DNA of 53,545 bases from IMG/VR virus record IMGVR_UViG_3300037248_000068, positions 1-53,545 of that record. One strand, 5' to 3'. The position numbers and the translations under genes are program-made. Source of the stretch: a virus. Taxonomy: Duplodnaviria > Caudoviricetes. The notes beneath the pieces were generated by a model. It worked only from the letters and a program-made list of their open reading frames with translations. It was not told the DNA's origin and ran no database searches. This document shows positions 35,164 to 44,008 of this stretch, one piece after another (positions within the stretch are counted from its first letter, which is position 1; each line of letters begins with the position of its first letter).

Positions 35164-36923
35164 TTCAGTCTCCTTTTAATACTATTGATTTCTATTTGTT
35201 GGCGGCGGAATATTTCAACAGTTAGGCCCCATGTAGCGGCATAGTCAAAATGACGAATGCCATGTGAATCCATGTCTACCAACTCCGGAAAAGCCAACTC
35301 CCAGTCATTGGCAATAACGCCGATACGGCGACCCGGCGCGCCATACCCATCATTATACGAGAACCGCACGCCACGGTTAGCGAGTACCTTGTCCAGTACA
35401 TCATCTTCAATAGGTTCAATGTCATGCTTCACTGACCGATCAGATGCAACGCATGTCGTGATACCTGACGACAGTAATCCGGCCGTTTCACATACGAATA
35501 ATCCAGTAGCGCTTGACACAGTGCCGACCGTAAGAGTTCCTGCCGTAATAACAGCTTGTGTGACGCCCTTTATCGTTAAAGCCGTTACGGCTGAATTTTG
35601 AACCGTTGCGCCAGCACCACTACCACCGGTTTGCAAAACGATGTCACCGCTCGCACCAGAGCCTGTGCTACGTGATCCGATTAACGTCCAATTAGCGCCA
35701 GCGACATTTGAATTGCCGGCCGCCACGTTTTGCACCTGGAATGTCTGAGCCGAGGCTGCTGTTGTGTCGGTAAACCCCAACTGAAGAGTTAGAGTCGCGG
35801 GAGACGTAATTGCCGTGTTACCGTTGCGTAGTTCAAAGGCACCATTGTTCGTGGTAATTCCGACAACATTGGTGCCGACAACCGTGAGCCCACTCACGTT
35901 ACCGCTAGGATCGACACAGTATCCAGTGGATTTAAATGAACATCCCCCGGATTGAAAGGTAACTGCTGAAAAATCGACGCCATTAAGAGCGACTGATGGT
36001 GACGCAGTTCCCGCAGTTCGAACTTGCGCGCCAATCAACGTACTATCAGTGGCGAAAGCCCATTGGTGAGCGTAGGCACCAAACATGATGCCTGTTTTCC
36101 AGCCGACAGCAGATGCGTTGTCTTGGGCACCAAACTGAATACCATTATCGTCATAAACGGCACGCACAGCATCGTTAGACCCAAGAACGACCGTTAGGCC
36201 GTGTTTCTCCGCGGCCGAAGTTCCACCCGCAAGCGTTACATCGTTCTCTTGAGAATTTACCAGCGACACAAAAGTGGCACCTGAAGTCGTATATATGTCA
36301 AACCCGCCGCCAAACGCAGTGCCTTTGTAGTTTGCGTATGCTCCGGTCGTTCCACCTAAATTTGCGGACACACGAGTTATCCCGCCTACAGCTACATATC
36401 CGGCAGCGCTCAAAGTAGTTGGCGTTCCAACTATATTTTCTGCCCCCTGGATTACGGTCCTACCACCGGTTGATCCGGCAGATGTGGCGTGACCAACATA
36501 GAAAACATTGAGATTTCCATTTCCATTGGTTGTGGTGTCAACACTGTCTCCACCTACGTAAATATGAAACGGCGCTAATATTGCGTCGCTTGCTAATTGG
36601 GTGGCGGTTCCAGTGAGGGACAATCCGTTAACTGAAAGCCACTGCTGATTGATCGATCCGGCACCAGAGTAGACGATGCTGTTGGTGAATTGCAGCCCCT
36701 TCGGAACCACTGCCGGCGCGGTATACGCCGACGCATCCTGCACCCCCTGCGTCAGCGGCCCGACGACGACCAGATCTCCCACGGTGCCGGCGGACGGCAG
36801 CACCTGCGAGCCGGGGCCACCCCCGCCCCCGATCGGCACGTCGACAATTTGCCCCCACGCCCCGCCGCAGGCCGCCAACAGGGCGAGCGCCGCAGCGCCG
36901 ATCAGTCGCGAAAACGGATTCAT
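35160..36923 (-). CDS. Tailspike/fibre with C-terminal peptidase S74 intramolecular chaperone and an N-terminal signal (or lipoprotein) peptide
   Basis: SDRSVKHDI, GV.F.Y, IGVIA......FPELV, DY; N-terminus MNPFSRLIGAAALALLAAC. Confidence 0.85.
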   Translation of the reverse strand: MNPFSRLIGAAALALLAACGGAWGQIVDVPIGGGGGPGSQVLPSAGTVGDLVVVGPLTQGVQDASAYTAPAVVPKGLQFTNSIVYSGAGSINQQWLSVNGLSLTGTATQLASDAILAPFHIYVGGDSVDTTTNGNGNLNVFYVGHATSAGSTGGRTVIQGAENIVGTPTTLSAAGYVAVGGITRVSANLGGTTGAYANYKGTAFGGGFDIYTTSGATFVSLVNSQENDVTLAGGTSAAEKHGLTVVLGSNDAVRAVYDDNGIQFGAQDNASAVGWKTGIMFGAYAHQWAFATDSTLIGAQVRTAGTASPSVALNGVDFSAVTFQSGGCSFKSTGYCVDPSGNVSGLTVVGTNVVGITTNNGAFELRNGNTAITSPATLTLQLGFTDTTAASAQTFQVQNVAAGNSNVAGANWTLIGSRSTGSGASGDIVLQTGGSGAGATVQNSAVTALTIKGVTQAVITAGTLTVGTVSSATGLFVCETAGLLSSGITTCVASDRSVKHDIEPIEDDVLDKVLANRGVRFSYNDGYGAPGRRIGVIANDWELAFPELVDMDSHGIRHFDYAATWGLTVEIFRRQQIEINSIKRRLN

Positions 36924-37480
36924 GCCATGACCGCCATTTGGAGGGACGCCGCGCCGATTTCCGACGTGCGGCGCTCCCAGTCTTTGCCAAATCGAGTGAA
37001 TCCACCGAACCCGCGATACATGAGCGTGCGGCGCTCCGTAAATGCACGAATCACAGCGGACACGTTCTTGATGCCCTTTACGGCCGCATCGGTCTGCGGC
37101 CCCCATTTGCCATCCACGGAGATACCTAGGGCGTGCTGCAGTATTTCGACGCCGTGGCTGCCTTCGTTGACTTCCGCGTCAAAGAAACTCAGGTCGAGTC
37201 CAGGCGGCAGCTCCGGGCAATAGGGCAGCCAATATTTGTGATAGTAGATGTCGTCGCCTTCGTCCTCCGTACACTGACGCACGTCGCGACGCGGCTCGCC
37301 CTTCTGAGCGCGATATCGGTCGTATTCGACCTGGATAAGGCCGTCCATGGTCTTGCCGCCGGGGTCGCCGACATCGTTGCTGAAGTTGCGCGGGTTGCCC
37401 CAGTTGGACGGATACGGGCACTCTTGCATCAGCGTGAAAGGGAGACACGCCGCAAAGCGTTCGCTACCGTAGTTGTTCAT
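36920..37480 (-). CDS. Endolysin, glycosyl hydrolase 108 family
   Basis: E...SND..DPGG.T..G, LP.GLD...FD..VN.G, LQ.ALG...DG..GP.T, FG..W.RR. Confidence 0.9.
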   Translation of the reverse strand: MNNYGSERFAACLPFTLMQECPYPSNWGNPRNFSNDVGDPGGKTMDGLIQVEYDRYRAQKGEPRRDVRQCTEDEGDDIYYHKYWLPYCPELPPGLDLSFFDAEVNEGSHGVEILQHALGISVDGKWGPQTDAAVKGIKNVSAVIRAFTERRTLMYRGFGGFTRFGKDWERRTSEIGAASLQMAVMA

Positions 37481-37484
37481 GGTG

Positions 37485-38777
37485 TCACCCTGCCATTTGT
37501 ACGGGCTCGTTGTTGTCGTTCGCGGGTTCGAGGGCACCCTGTATCTCATCCAATATTAATACTGCCCCTGCATTGGCAGCGGGGATGGTTACTGTTCCTG
37601 AAGCGCCATTCCCAAAAACACTGTACGTTAGTGACGTGGACCTTGGAATATCAAAGAAAATCAATGTTGCAGGCACGTAGCCACCTGCCGTGCTGGAGAA
37701 ACTCGTTAGTTCGCCTATCAGAGTAGAACCGCGTGCCATCTGCATGGAGACGCTGGATGCTGCCGAATTTTGCATACTGCTTTGGAGAAATCCCCTGACT
37801 ACGTTAGTGGATGAACTTAAATTAATGGAGAGACTTTGCCCGTTAGTTAACGCCTGAGGGATACCTGCGTTCGCAGAAACAGTCCCGTTTGTGGCGGTGG
37901 CGTTAAAAACTGACTGAATAACATCTCCAGGTTTTTTGATCCCAGGGCCAAACAACTGAACAAGGCTCAGTCCCGTCCATCCGGTCCCGGACGCCCATGT
38001 GGCCTCCACATAACCAACAATGCGATAGGGTCGTGAGGTAACAGAAGACACTGAGCAGTACGCAAGTTGAGAAGACGTTCCGCCAGAAGTCCCCGACCCG
38101 CTAGAAAACAAAATAGCTTCGTTCAGTGGAGAGATGCTACTTGCATTCAAAGCGTTGAATGCACACAGTGCGATCCCGGCCCCGGTACCGTTAGTGTCAG
38201 ATGCCAATATCCACAGCCGACAGAGCGTGGAGGTGGTGCAGCCTAACGAGCTGGTAGTTGCTAACGTGAACGTCAGAGCCGATTGGAGTGGAAGAATCGT
38301 CGGCGCTCCACTCGTAAGTGCCGCCGAGCGGAAGTTAAAAAACGCAGTATCCGCGGTGGAAGGCGTTGCGCCTGCGGTAGTCAAAATACTGAGCACCAAC
38401 GTGTTTGCCGTCGCTACCGCCGTCACTTGTCCGTTCAGCATGCTCGCGCCCGTATTGGCAGCGAACGGATTTACCCACGTCGCGTCACCACGCCAGAACG
38501 TCGACGAATTCGCACCCGTACCGCCGTTCAGATTGCCTACAGGCAGGTTGCCGGTGACACCCGCGGTGCCAAGACCAATGGCACCGCAGATTGGGTCCGC
38601 GGAGCTGCCCTGACCGATGATAGGGACGTTGACGGAACACGGCGGCACGTTGCCGAAGCCGATGGCGCCCGCGCCGCGACCGAGCGGCACGGAATGGTTT
38701 GGCGTCTGCCACTGTGCATGTACGGACGCACAGGACAAAAACAGCGCGGTGACGACGGAGAAAAAGCGTTTCATCAT
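37485..38777 (-). CDS. Signal-peptide tail-fibre-like protein with ssrA-like C-terminus
   Basis: MMKRFFSVVTALFLSCASVHA|Q; 'VTGNLPV.NLNGGT.A.S.TFWRGD.TW', 'KPGDVIQ'; ends EPANDNNEPVQMAG. Confidence 0.75.
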   Translation of the reverse strand: MMKRFFSVVTALFLSCASVHAQWQTPNHSVPLGRGAGAIGFGNVPPCSVNVPIIGQGSSADPICGAIGLGTAGVTGNLPVGNLNGGTGANSSTFWRGDATWVNPFAANTGASMLNGQVTAVATANTLVLSILTTAGATPSTADTAFFNFRSAALTSGAPTILPLQSALTFTLATTSSLGCTTSTLCRLWILASDTNGTGAGIALCAFNALNASSISPLNEAILFSSGSGTSGGTSSQLAYCSVSSVTSRPYRIVGYVEATWASGTGWTGLSLVQLFGPGIKKPGDVIQSVFNATATNGTVSANAGIPQALTNGQSLSINLSSSTNVVRGFLQSSMQNSAASSVSMQMARGSTLIGELTSFSSTAGGYVPATLIFFDIPRSTSLTYSVFGNGASGTVTIPAANAGAVLILDEIQGALEPANDNNEPVQMAG

Positions 38778-39391
38778 GGCGCGATTACCCATGCGTTAAG
38801 GTCGGGGGACGGCTGCAGCATGACCCCGGCGAGCTGGACGGCGGTCGAAAACAACTGCCATGACTCGGCCCCCATGATAGTTGCCGAATCAGGCACCGTC
38901 AACGTGATAACGTGATTCGCGACGCCCGTAGAAAAGTCCACGATCTGTAACTTTTTAGCGGCAGCAAATTGCGCTGCGAGATTCGGCAGCACGATCGTTG
39001 TCGCGGCCGGCGCCGCGCGCTGTACAGCCGCCAGTGTCGTACCCGTCGCTATGGCCAGTCCGGTGTTGTTGAGCGACTGGAACACGTACCCAGATGTGAG
39101 AGGGAGGAAGTACGCCTGCCACAGGGCCGGCGTGGCGGGTTGGTACGCCGCCGCTCCCGCGTTCCACAAGTAAACGACGCCTTCCGCAGTCCACGACGGA
39201 ACGGCGGGCTGAAACCAAACTGTCGCGGCCTGATTGACCGTCGGCGCTGTGGCTTGCACCGCAAGATTGATAAAGCCCGCACGCGCCAAAGCGGCAACGA
39301 CGTAATCGAGCCCCGGCATTTGCTCCGTACGTACACCGCCGCCCGTATTGCGGAGCAGCGCCAGAAAATCCGTTGACGGCGTGTAGGACAT
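38774..39391 (-). CDS. Hypothetical virion protein (205 aa)
   Basis: Coupled ORF in the tail cluster, beta-rich. Confidence 0.7.
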   Translation of the reverse strand: MSYTPSTDFLALLRNTGGGVRTEQMPGLDYVVAALARAGFINLAVQATAPTVNQAATVWFQPAVPSWTAEGVVYLWNAGAAAYQPATPALWQAYFLPLTSGYVFQSLNNTGLAIATGTTLAAVQRAAPAATTIVLPNLAAQFAAAKKLQIVDFSTGVANHVITLTVPDSATIMGAESWQLFSTAVQLAGVMLQPSPDLNAWVIAP

Positions 39392-39402
39392 GGCGCCCCT
39401 AC

Positions 39403-39843
39403 CTAAATGCTGTGGGTATCCTCACCCGTGTATAGCGGATTCAGCGTTACGTTGACGGAACTCGCCGCGCCGGGCCACGCGCCTGCCGCCTTCGGCCCGT
39501 ACATCGACACGGGATTAAGACCGTAGTTTCCGAAACCTGCCCACAGCAAGTAGTAGTCTCCGTTCACGCCGATATCGTTCGTCGGCGGGAACGTGCCGAA
39601 CCACTTCAATTGCGGCTGGTAAGTCGGATCGACCAAAAAGACGTAGTGCCCCCAAGGGTCAACATCGCCGCCAGCTTCCGTCGACCGCTTCGTGTACAGG
39701 GTCCACGCTGCGGTATCAATATAGAGATCGCCAACAGCCCCGGCTTGCGGTACCGGCGGCCCAGTCCCGCGCATGATGGCGCCCATCTGCTTCGCTTGGA
39801 AGTAGATGCCGCCCTGTTGCGTGCCGTTGTCAAATCCGGAAAT
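39403..39843 (-). CDS. Virion protein, shorter paralog of 39865-40506; probable ATT start
   Basis: ATT-TCC-GGA-TTT-GAC-AAC aligns with the paralog's MTGFDN; GGAGG 5 nt upstream and an in-frame TAA before it. Confidence 0.7.
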   Translation of the reverse strand: MSGFDNGTQQGGIYFQAKQMGAIMRGTGPPVPQAGAVGDLYIDTAAWTLYTKRSTEAGGDVDPWGHYVFLVDPTYQPQLKWFGTFPPTNDIGVNGDYYLLWAGFGNYGLNPVSMYGPKAAGAWPGAASSVNVTLNPLYTGEDTHSI

Positions 39844-39864
39844 CGCAACCTCCCATTACCGGCC

Positions 39865-40506
39865 TCATATGCTGTGCTCATCTTCGGCCGTATACAACGG
39901 ATTCAGCGTCACGGTAACGACGGACGGAACGCTTTGCAAACCCAGTTCGCTGATAAGCGTTCCGGCAACGTTGGAAACCGGCGTCGCCAGCACGTATTCA
40001 TCCACAAGACCCGCGACTATCAACTGCGTCGAATTGCTGTACGCGGCCTGCGCACCTTCGCCAAACAAGCCGAGCGGAAACACAAAACCAGCGCCCGCTA
40101 CGGCAATCGTTGTCGTCGGGCCGTTCCCACTTTCCGGCCAAGTCCCGCTTGCGTTCTTTGGCCCGTAAATCGACGGCTGTAAACCGTAGTTGCCAAAACC
40201 CGCCCATGACAAGCAATAATCGCCAGTAACGCCGATACTGTCATCCGGCAGCGACGTGCTGAACCACTTCAATTGCGCCTGGTACGTAGGTGGTACGGCG
40301 AAAAGATAATGGCCCCACGGATCGACCCCGCCGCCTGCATCATTGGACCGCTTGGTATGCAGAACCCATGCCGCGGTGTCGATGTACAAATCACCGACTA
40401 GGCCGCCTTGCGGCACCGGCGGCCCGGTCCCGCGCAAAATCGAGCCGAACTGTTTGGCCTGAGAATAGACGCCACCTTGCGCCGTCCCGTTGTCGAAGCC
40501 AGTCAC
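39865..40506 (-). CDS. Virion protein with 'G.G.P....G..GD.Y.D' repeats
   Basis: Motif typical of fibre/decoration proteins; tandem paralog. Confidence 0.75.
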   Translation of the reverse strand: MTGFDNGTAQGGVYSQAKQFGSILRGTGPPVPQGGLVGDLYIDTAAWVLHTKRSNDAGGGVDPWGHYLFAVPPTYQAQLKWFSTSLPDDSIGVTGDYCLSWAGFGNYGLQPSIYGPKNASGTWPESGNGPTTTIAVAGAGFVFPLGLFGEGAQAAYSNSTQLIVAGLVDEYVLATPVSNVAGTLISELGLQSVPSVVTVTLNPLYTAEDEHSI

Positions 40507-40922
40507 GTCCCGCGGCCTCCGCGTCCGCTACGCGCCACGCGGAGCGCCATGTTGATGCCGGTACCGTCGCCATTATTAATGGCGAGAGCACGCAACCGAA
40601 CCCACCCCGAGCCGTGCACATCTCGGCTTGTAGCTACGACCATGTTTTGCCACTGATCGACCGGAAACGCTGCGGAGTTCGGGTCCGTACCGAACAACTT
40701 CATTTCCATCAATACAGAGCATTCCGGCGCGATCGGTGTCATCGTGACCGTACTTGACGCGGGCGTGTTGAACACGATTGATGCGCGTGCGATGTTAACC
40801 GCGAGCGCATCACCTTCGTTGACCGGAAGCCAGCCGGTGGCAAGCCCGGCAGCGTCGACGTACACGCAATCGTACTGACGATTGATCGCCTTCGTGCTGC
40901 CGCCGGGACGATAGAATGTCAC
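40503..40922 (-). CDS. Hypothetical virion protein (139 aa)
   Basis: Coupled ORF, beta-sandwich-like. Confidence 0.65.
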   Translation of the reverse strand: MTFYRPGGSTKAINRQYDCVYVDAAGLATGWLPVNEGDALAVNIARASIVFNTPASSTVTMTPIAPECSVLMEMKLFGTDPNSAAFPVDQWQNMVVATSRDVHGSGWVRLRALAINNGDGTGINMALRVARSGRGGRGT

Positions 40923-40928
40923 GTGCGT

Positions 40929-41192
40929 CTACTTCCGAGCGGGCTTGCTGAATGCCGTACGGCCCCTGAACACGGTGCCGCCGGACTCGCCTTCGCCATG
41001 CTTTGCTCGCGCGAGACGCCGATTGCCCGAACTGATATCGGCGACGGCACCCGGGAAGCGTTTCAACGGCCCCGCGGGCACGGCAGGGCGACCGCCGAAC
41101 TTCGTCTTGGGCGGCCCCAACGGGTTCGGAACGACGTCGTTTTCACCCGATGGGTTGAACCCCGTCTTGTGGCCGCAGAACCGCGTGCTCAT
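40929..41192 (-). CDS. Small basic K/R/P/G-rich protein
   Basis: AAGGA SD; MSTRFCGHK... Confidence 0.55.
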   Translation of the reverse strand: MSTRFCGHKTGFNPSGENDVVPNPLGPPKTKFGGRPAVPAGPLKRFPGAVADISSGNRRLARAKHGEGESGGTVFRGRTAFSKPARK

Positions 41193-41224
41193 TTTCTTTC
41201 GTCCTTTCGGCAGCGTGGCCCTTT

Positions 41225-41701
41225 TCAATCGCCAAGAGCGCTCCCGGCGGTGCGCGAACTAAACTGTTCGTCAGTCTCGCCCGGCCGACGCACGGATTTA
41301 TCTGCCGTACTCCGAGGGAAAGGCCCGGAATCGCGCTGGCCCCCGTTCCGAACCCGGTCCCCGATCGCACTTTCCGCCGCCTTGATGTACTCGCGAAGTT
41401 CCTTGGCTCGGTCTGTGTCGGCGCCCCCAGAACGTTCCAAATTGGCGAGCTCTGCCTTGAAGCTCTCCAGGTTCGGCGAAGTCGTGCCGTGACCGCCGTG
41501 CAAGTCCTGGACTTTATCAAGGTCCGGGTGCTGCGTGAGTTGGTGGACCCTGCCGGCCGCCGACTTCACGATGTCGGCGAAATTCTGATTCTGCAGGTTT
41601 CGGGCCGCGTTTTCCAGCTCATGCAGCGCATCGCGCATGCGTTCGAGCCCCGTCCGCACGCTGTCGTCCGCCCGCATGTCACTGTGTGCTTCCCGTTCCA
41701 T
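41225..41701 (-). CDS. Hypothetical coiled-coil protein (158 aa)
   Basis: GGGAG SD. Confidence 0.65.
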   Translation of the reverse strand: MEREAHSDMRADDSVRTGLERMRDALHELENAARNLQNQNFADIVKSAAGRVHQLTQHPDLDKVQDLHGGHGTTSPNLESFKAELANLERSGGADTDRAKELREYIKAAESAIGDRVRNGGQRDSGPFPRSTADKSVRRPGETDEQFSSRTAGSALGD

Positions 41702-41731
41702 GACCTGTGCTCCCTTTGGGTTTTGCGTGAT

Positions 41732-42004
41732 CTACCTGCGTTCGTTCGGCGGCTGCCGAATCATGGCCTTGATTTCTGCGAACCCGCCATCGACCTTACC
41801 CTCGAGGCGCGCCATCCGTTCGCTCATGGTCGAAAGCACCTTAACTTGTTCTTTGAGCGTAGTCACGTCGCTTGTGACGCCGGACATGAACCATGCACCG
41901 GTAACGATGCCGCCACCGCCGGCCAGCGTAATGCTGATAAGCAGTGCAAGCGGAATGGCGCGATCGATATGCCAGCTCCTGCCGTACACGCGATCGTTTT
42001 CCAT
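41732..42004 (-). CDS. Single-TM coiled-coil protein (lysis-associated?)
   Basis: 'W..DR.IP.AL' TM followed by coiled coil. Confidence 0.6.
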   Translation of the reverse strand: MENDRVYGRSWHIDRAIPLALLISITLAGGGGIVTGAWFMSGVTSDVTTLKEQVKVLSTMSERMARLEGKVDGGFAEIKAMIRQPPNERR

Positions 42005-42076
42005 GGCGTCATTTCTCACGTTGCCCTCAATTGCGTCGTGTTAACGTCCAACTCGGCAAAGAAGTTTCACGCCTTG

Positions 42077-42262
42077 TCAGCCATGCGACGAATAGCGACG
42101 CTGTAGACCATACCGCGCCGCGGTTCCTCCCCCGTCGTCAAACATGTCCGACGGCGCGTTGATGACGATTTCCGACGGCGCGCCGCTACCGTTGCTCTGC
42201 AAGTGCACTTTACGGATGCCGCCATCAGAGCGCGCCACTTCGCATGTGAACCGGCCGCGCAT
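42077..42262 (-). CDS. Hypothetical protein (61 aa)
   Basis: GGAG SD, follows the upstream stop. Confidence 0.45.
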   Translation of the reverse strand: MRGRFTCEVARSDGGIRKVHLQSNGSGAPSEIVINAPSDMFDDGGGTAARYGLQRRYSSHG

Positions 42263-42264
42263 GC

Positions 42265-42489
42265 TTAACGCTCTCCGTCGTGGTCTCGCTCCATTTTTCG
42301 ACCGCGCACCTCCCCGATGGCTTGGTCCCCTTCACTCAACTTTTGCTGGATACCGTTGGTATTGTGAATCACTTGGTTCATCTTATCGCGGCTCCCGTGC
42401 GCTATGATGATTTGCCAGACGACGCCGCTACCGATCAGAATCTCGACTGCAAGTCGAACGATCTGAATGGCTATTTCTAGTTCCGGCAT
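42265..42489 (-). CDS. Small single-TM protein (74 aa)
   Basis: N-terminal hydrophobic helix, 'HNTNG'. Confidence 0.6.
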   Translation of the reverse strand: MPELEIAIQIVRLAVEILIGSGVVWQIIIAHGSRDKMNQVIHNTNGIQQKLSEGDQAIGEVRGRKMERDHDGER

Positions 42490-42492
42490 ATT

Positions 42493-42882
42493 TTAGCTCC
42501 AATAGCTGACGCTCATTGTCGTACCGATTATCTTAACTGCGGCGAGCGCAGCGGCGCCGTACAGGGGCAGCGCACCGCCGGCAGGAATCGCGGAGGTGTA
42601 GTTGACGGTGCTCGGCGTCGACCCGTCATAAGTGATGTACGCCGTTCCACCGATTGCGGTAATGATCGCATACGTTGGAACGTTATTGACAGTCGTGCCG
42701 GGCGTCGACGTCGCGCCGGACGGTACAGTCAAGCCCGTCGCAACTGCGATGCTGACGTTTTCCTGCGACGCGAGTTGAATGCGCGATGGTACGTCATCGG
42801 AAACGAAACGCGAGGCGCCGAGCTTCACGGCCTTGGCCATGAAGCTGTTGGGGAACTGATTCGCGAGGTCAACGCCGCTCAT
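42493..42882 (-). CDS. Small virion/decoration-like protein (129 aa)
   Basis: 'LTVPSGAT', 'DG.TP', ends VSYWS. Confidence 0.7.
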   Translation of the reverse strand: MSGVDLANQFPNSFMAKAVKLGASRFVSDDVPSRIQLASQENVSIAVATGLTVPSGATSTPGTTVNNVPTYAIITAIGGTAYITYDGSTPSTVNYTSAIPAGGALPLYGAAALAAVKIIGTTMSVSYWS

Positions 42883-42889
42883 GGCTCAG

Positions 42890-43978
42890 TTAGCCTTCTG
42901 TTTGATGACATCGATCCAAGGAAACAAGCGCGCCGCGTGCGGAACATTTTGGCTGCTTCCGCGATAGTACGCTAAATCCACAATCACAGCCGTCACCGCA
43001 AGGTACAGCATAATCCCGCAGAATGCGGCCCGTAGCAGCCACAGCAAGCAACGAAGTGATCGGCATGTAGAGCGGCATTGAGTAGCAAGAGGCAACAGCA
43101 AACGCGACGACAACCGGCCACTCTTTGGACCCCGTACGCAAGAGTGCAACACTGAGTATGCTGAGCGGCAGAAGCGCGCCCATCCCGTATTCAAACAAGA
43201 GCTGCAGCGCATCATTGTGTGCGTGCCCCGGATACAAAACCTGACCCGCTTGCGTGATATTCACAGCAGAGAACGCACCCGGCCCCCAACCAAACCAGTT
43301 CAGCCCGTGCCATGCCACTTCCCAAATCAACATACGCTCTTGGTCCGACGTACGTCCCAACGGCATGAACAGGTAAAAAATACCCACTGCGGCGACTATC
43401 GCACCGAGCGGCCACGCCCGCCTGAATCGCAGGGCAATCAAGCCGACTGCCAAGGCGAGCCACGCACCGCGCGACTGAGAGAGGACAAGACCTGGCACGA
43501 GTGGGACTATCCACAGCCACATCCGCTCCGTCGCCAGCGCGACGATAAGCAAAGCCAGCACGGCGCCTTGCTGTACGCTGTTGACGTACAACCCCGGAGG
43601 TGCCGTGGAAGTGACGGGGAGAAGCTGCCATCCCGCGTATTGCAAAACAGCCACTGCCGACGATACTGCACCCCCGATCGCAAGACCCGCGTACAAACCT
43701 CGCAACGTTGTCAACGTCGATCCTAGCCACAGATTGAGCCCCATCAACACGACCAACCAAAACCCGAATACGGCATTGTACGGAACTACGCTGAACCAAA
43801 CACCGATCGCGGCGTACAAGATGAATAGCACGCCGAACCCATGCAACACCGTGAACGGCGCGCTGCGGAACACGGTAAAAATTGACAGAACCGCCAACAC
43901 GGGCCACTGCGTTGCGATATACGCACCCGTAATACCGGGCACGTAGCAGAGCGACACGATGGCGCCGAGCCAAACCAC
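42890..43978 (-). CDS. O-antigen ligase / O-oligosaccharyltransferase family (Wzy_C) membrane protein
   Basis: About 11 TM helices; 'SQSRGAWLA', 'S..ER..IW', 'G.G.G.F', 'HAHND.LQ...E.G'. Confidence 0.88.
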   Translation of the reverse strand: MVWLGAIVSLCYVPGITGAYIATQWPVLAVLSIFTVFRSAPFTVLHGFGVLFILYAAIGVWFSVVPYNAVFGFWLVVLMGLNLWLGSTLTTLRGLYAGLAIGGAVSSAVAVLQYAGWQLLPVTSTAPPGLYVNSVQQGAVLALLIVALATERMWLWIVPLVPGLVLSQSRGAWLALAVGLIALRFRRAWPLGAIVAAVGIFYLFMPLGRTSDQERMLIWEVAWHGLNWFGWGPGAFSAVNITQAGQVLYPGHAHNDALQLLFEYGMGALLPLSILSVALLRTGSKEWPVVVAFAVASCYSMPLYMPITSLLAVAATGRILRDYAVPCGDGCDCGFSVLSRKQPKCSARGALVSLDRCHQTEG

Positions 43979-44008
43979 TTTCGCGCCCTCCTATCGAATC
44001 AGGCGTCC

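Noticed and set aside
39403-40506. Diversity-generating retroelement TR/VR pair
   Set aside because: No reverse transcriptase, differences are not adenine-specific, and both copies are intact genes
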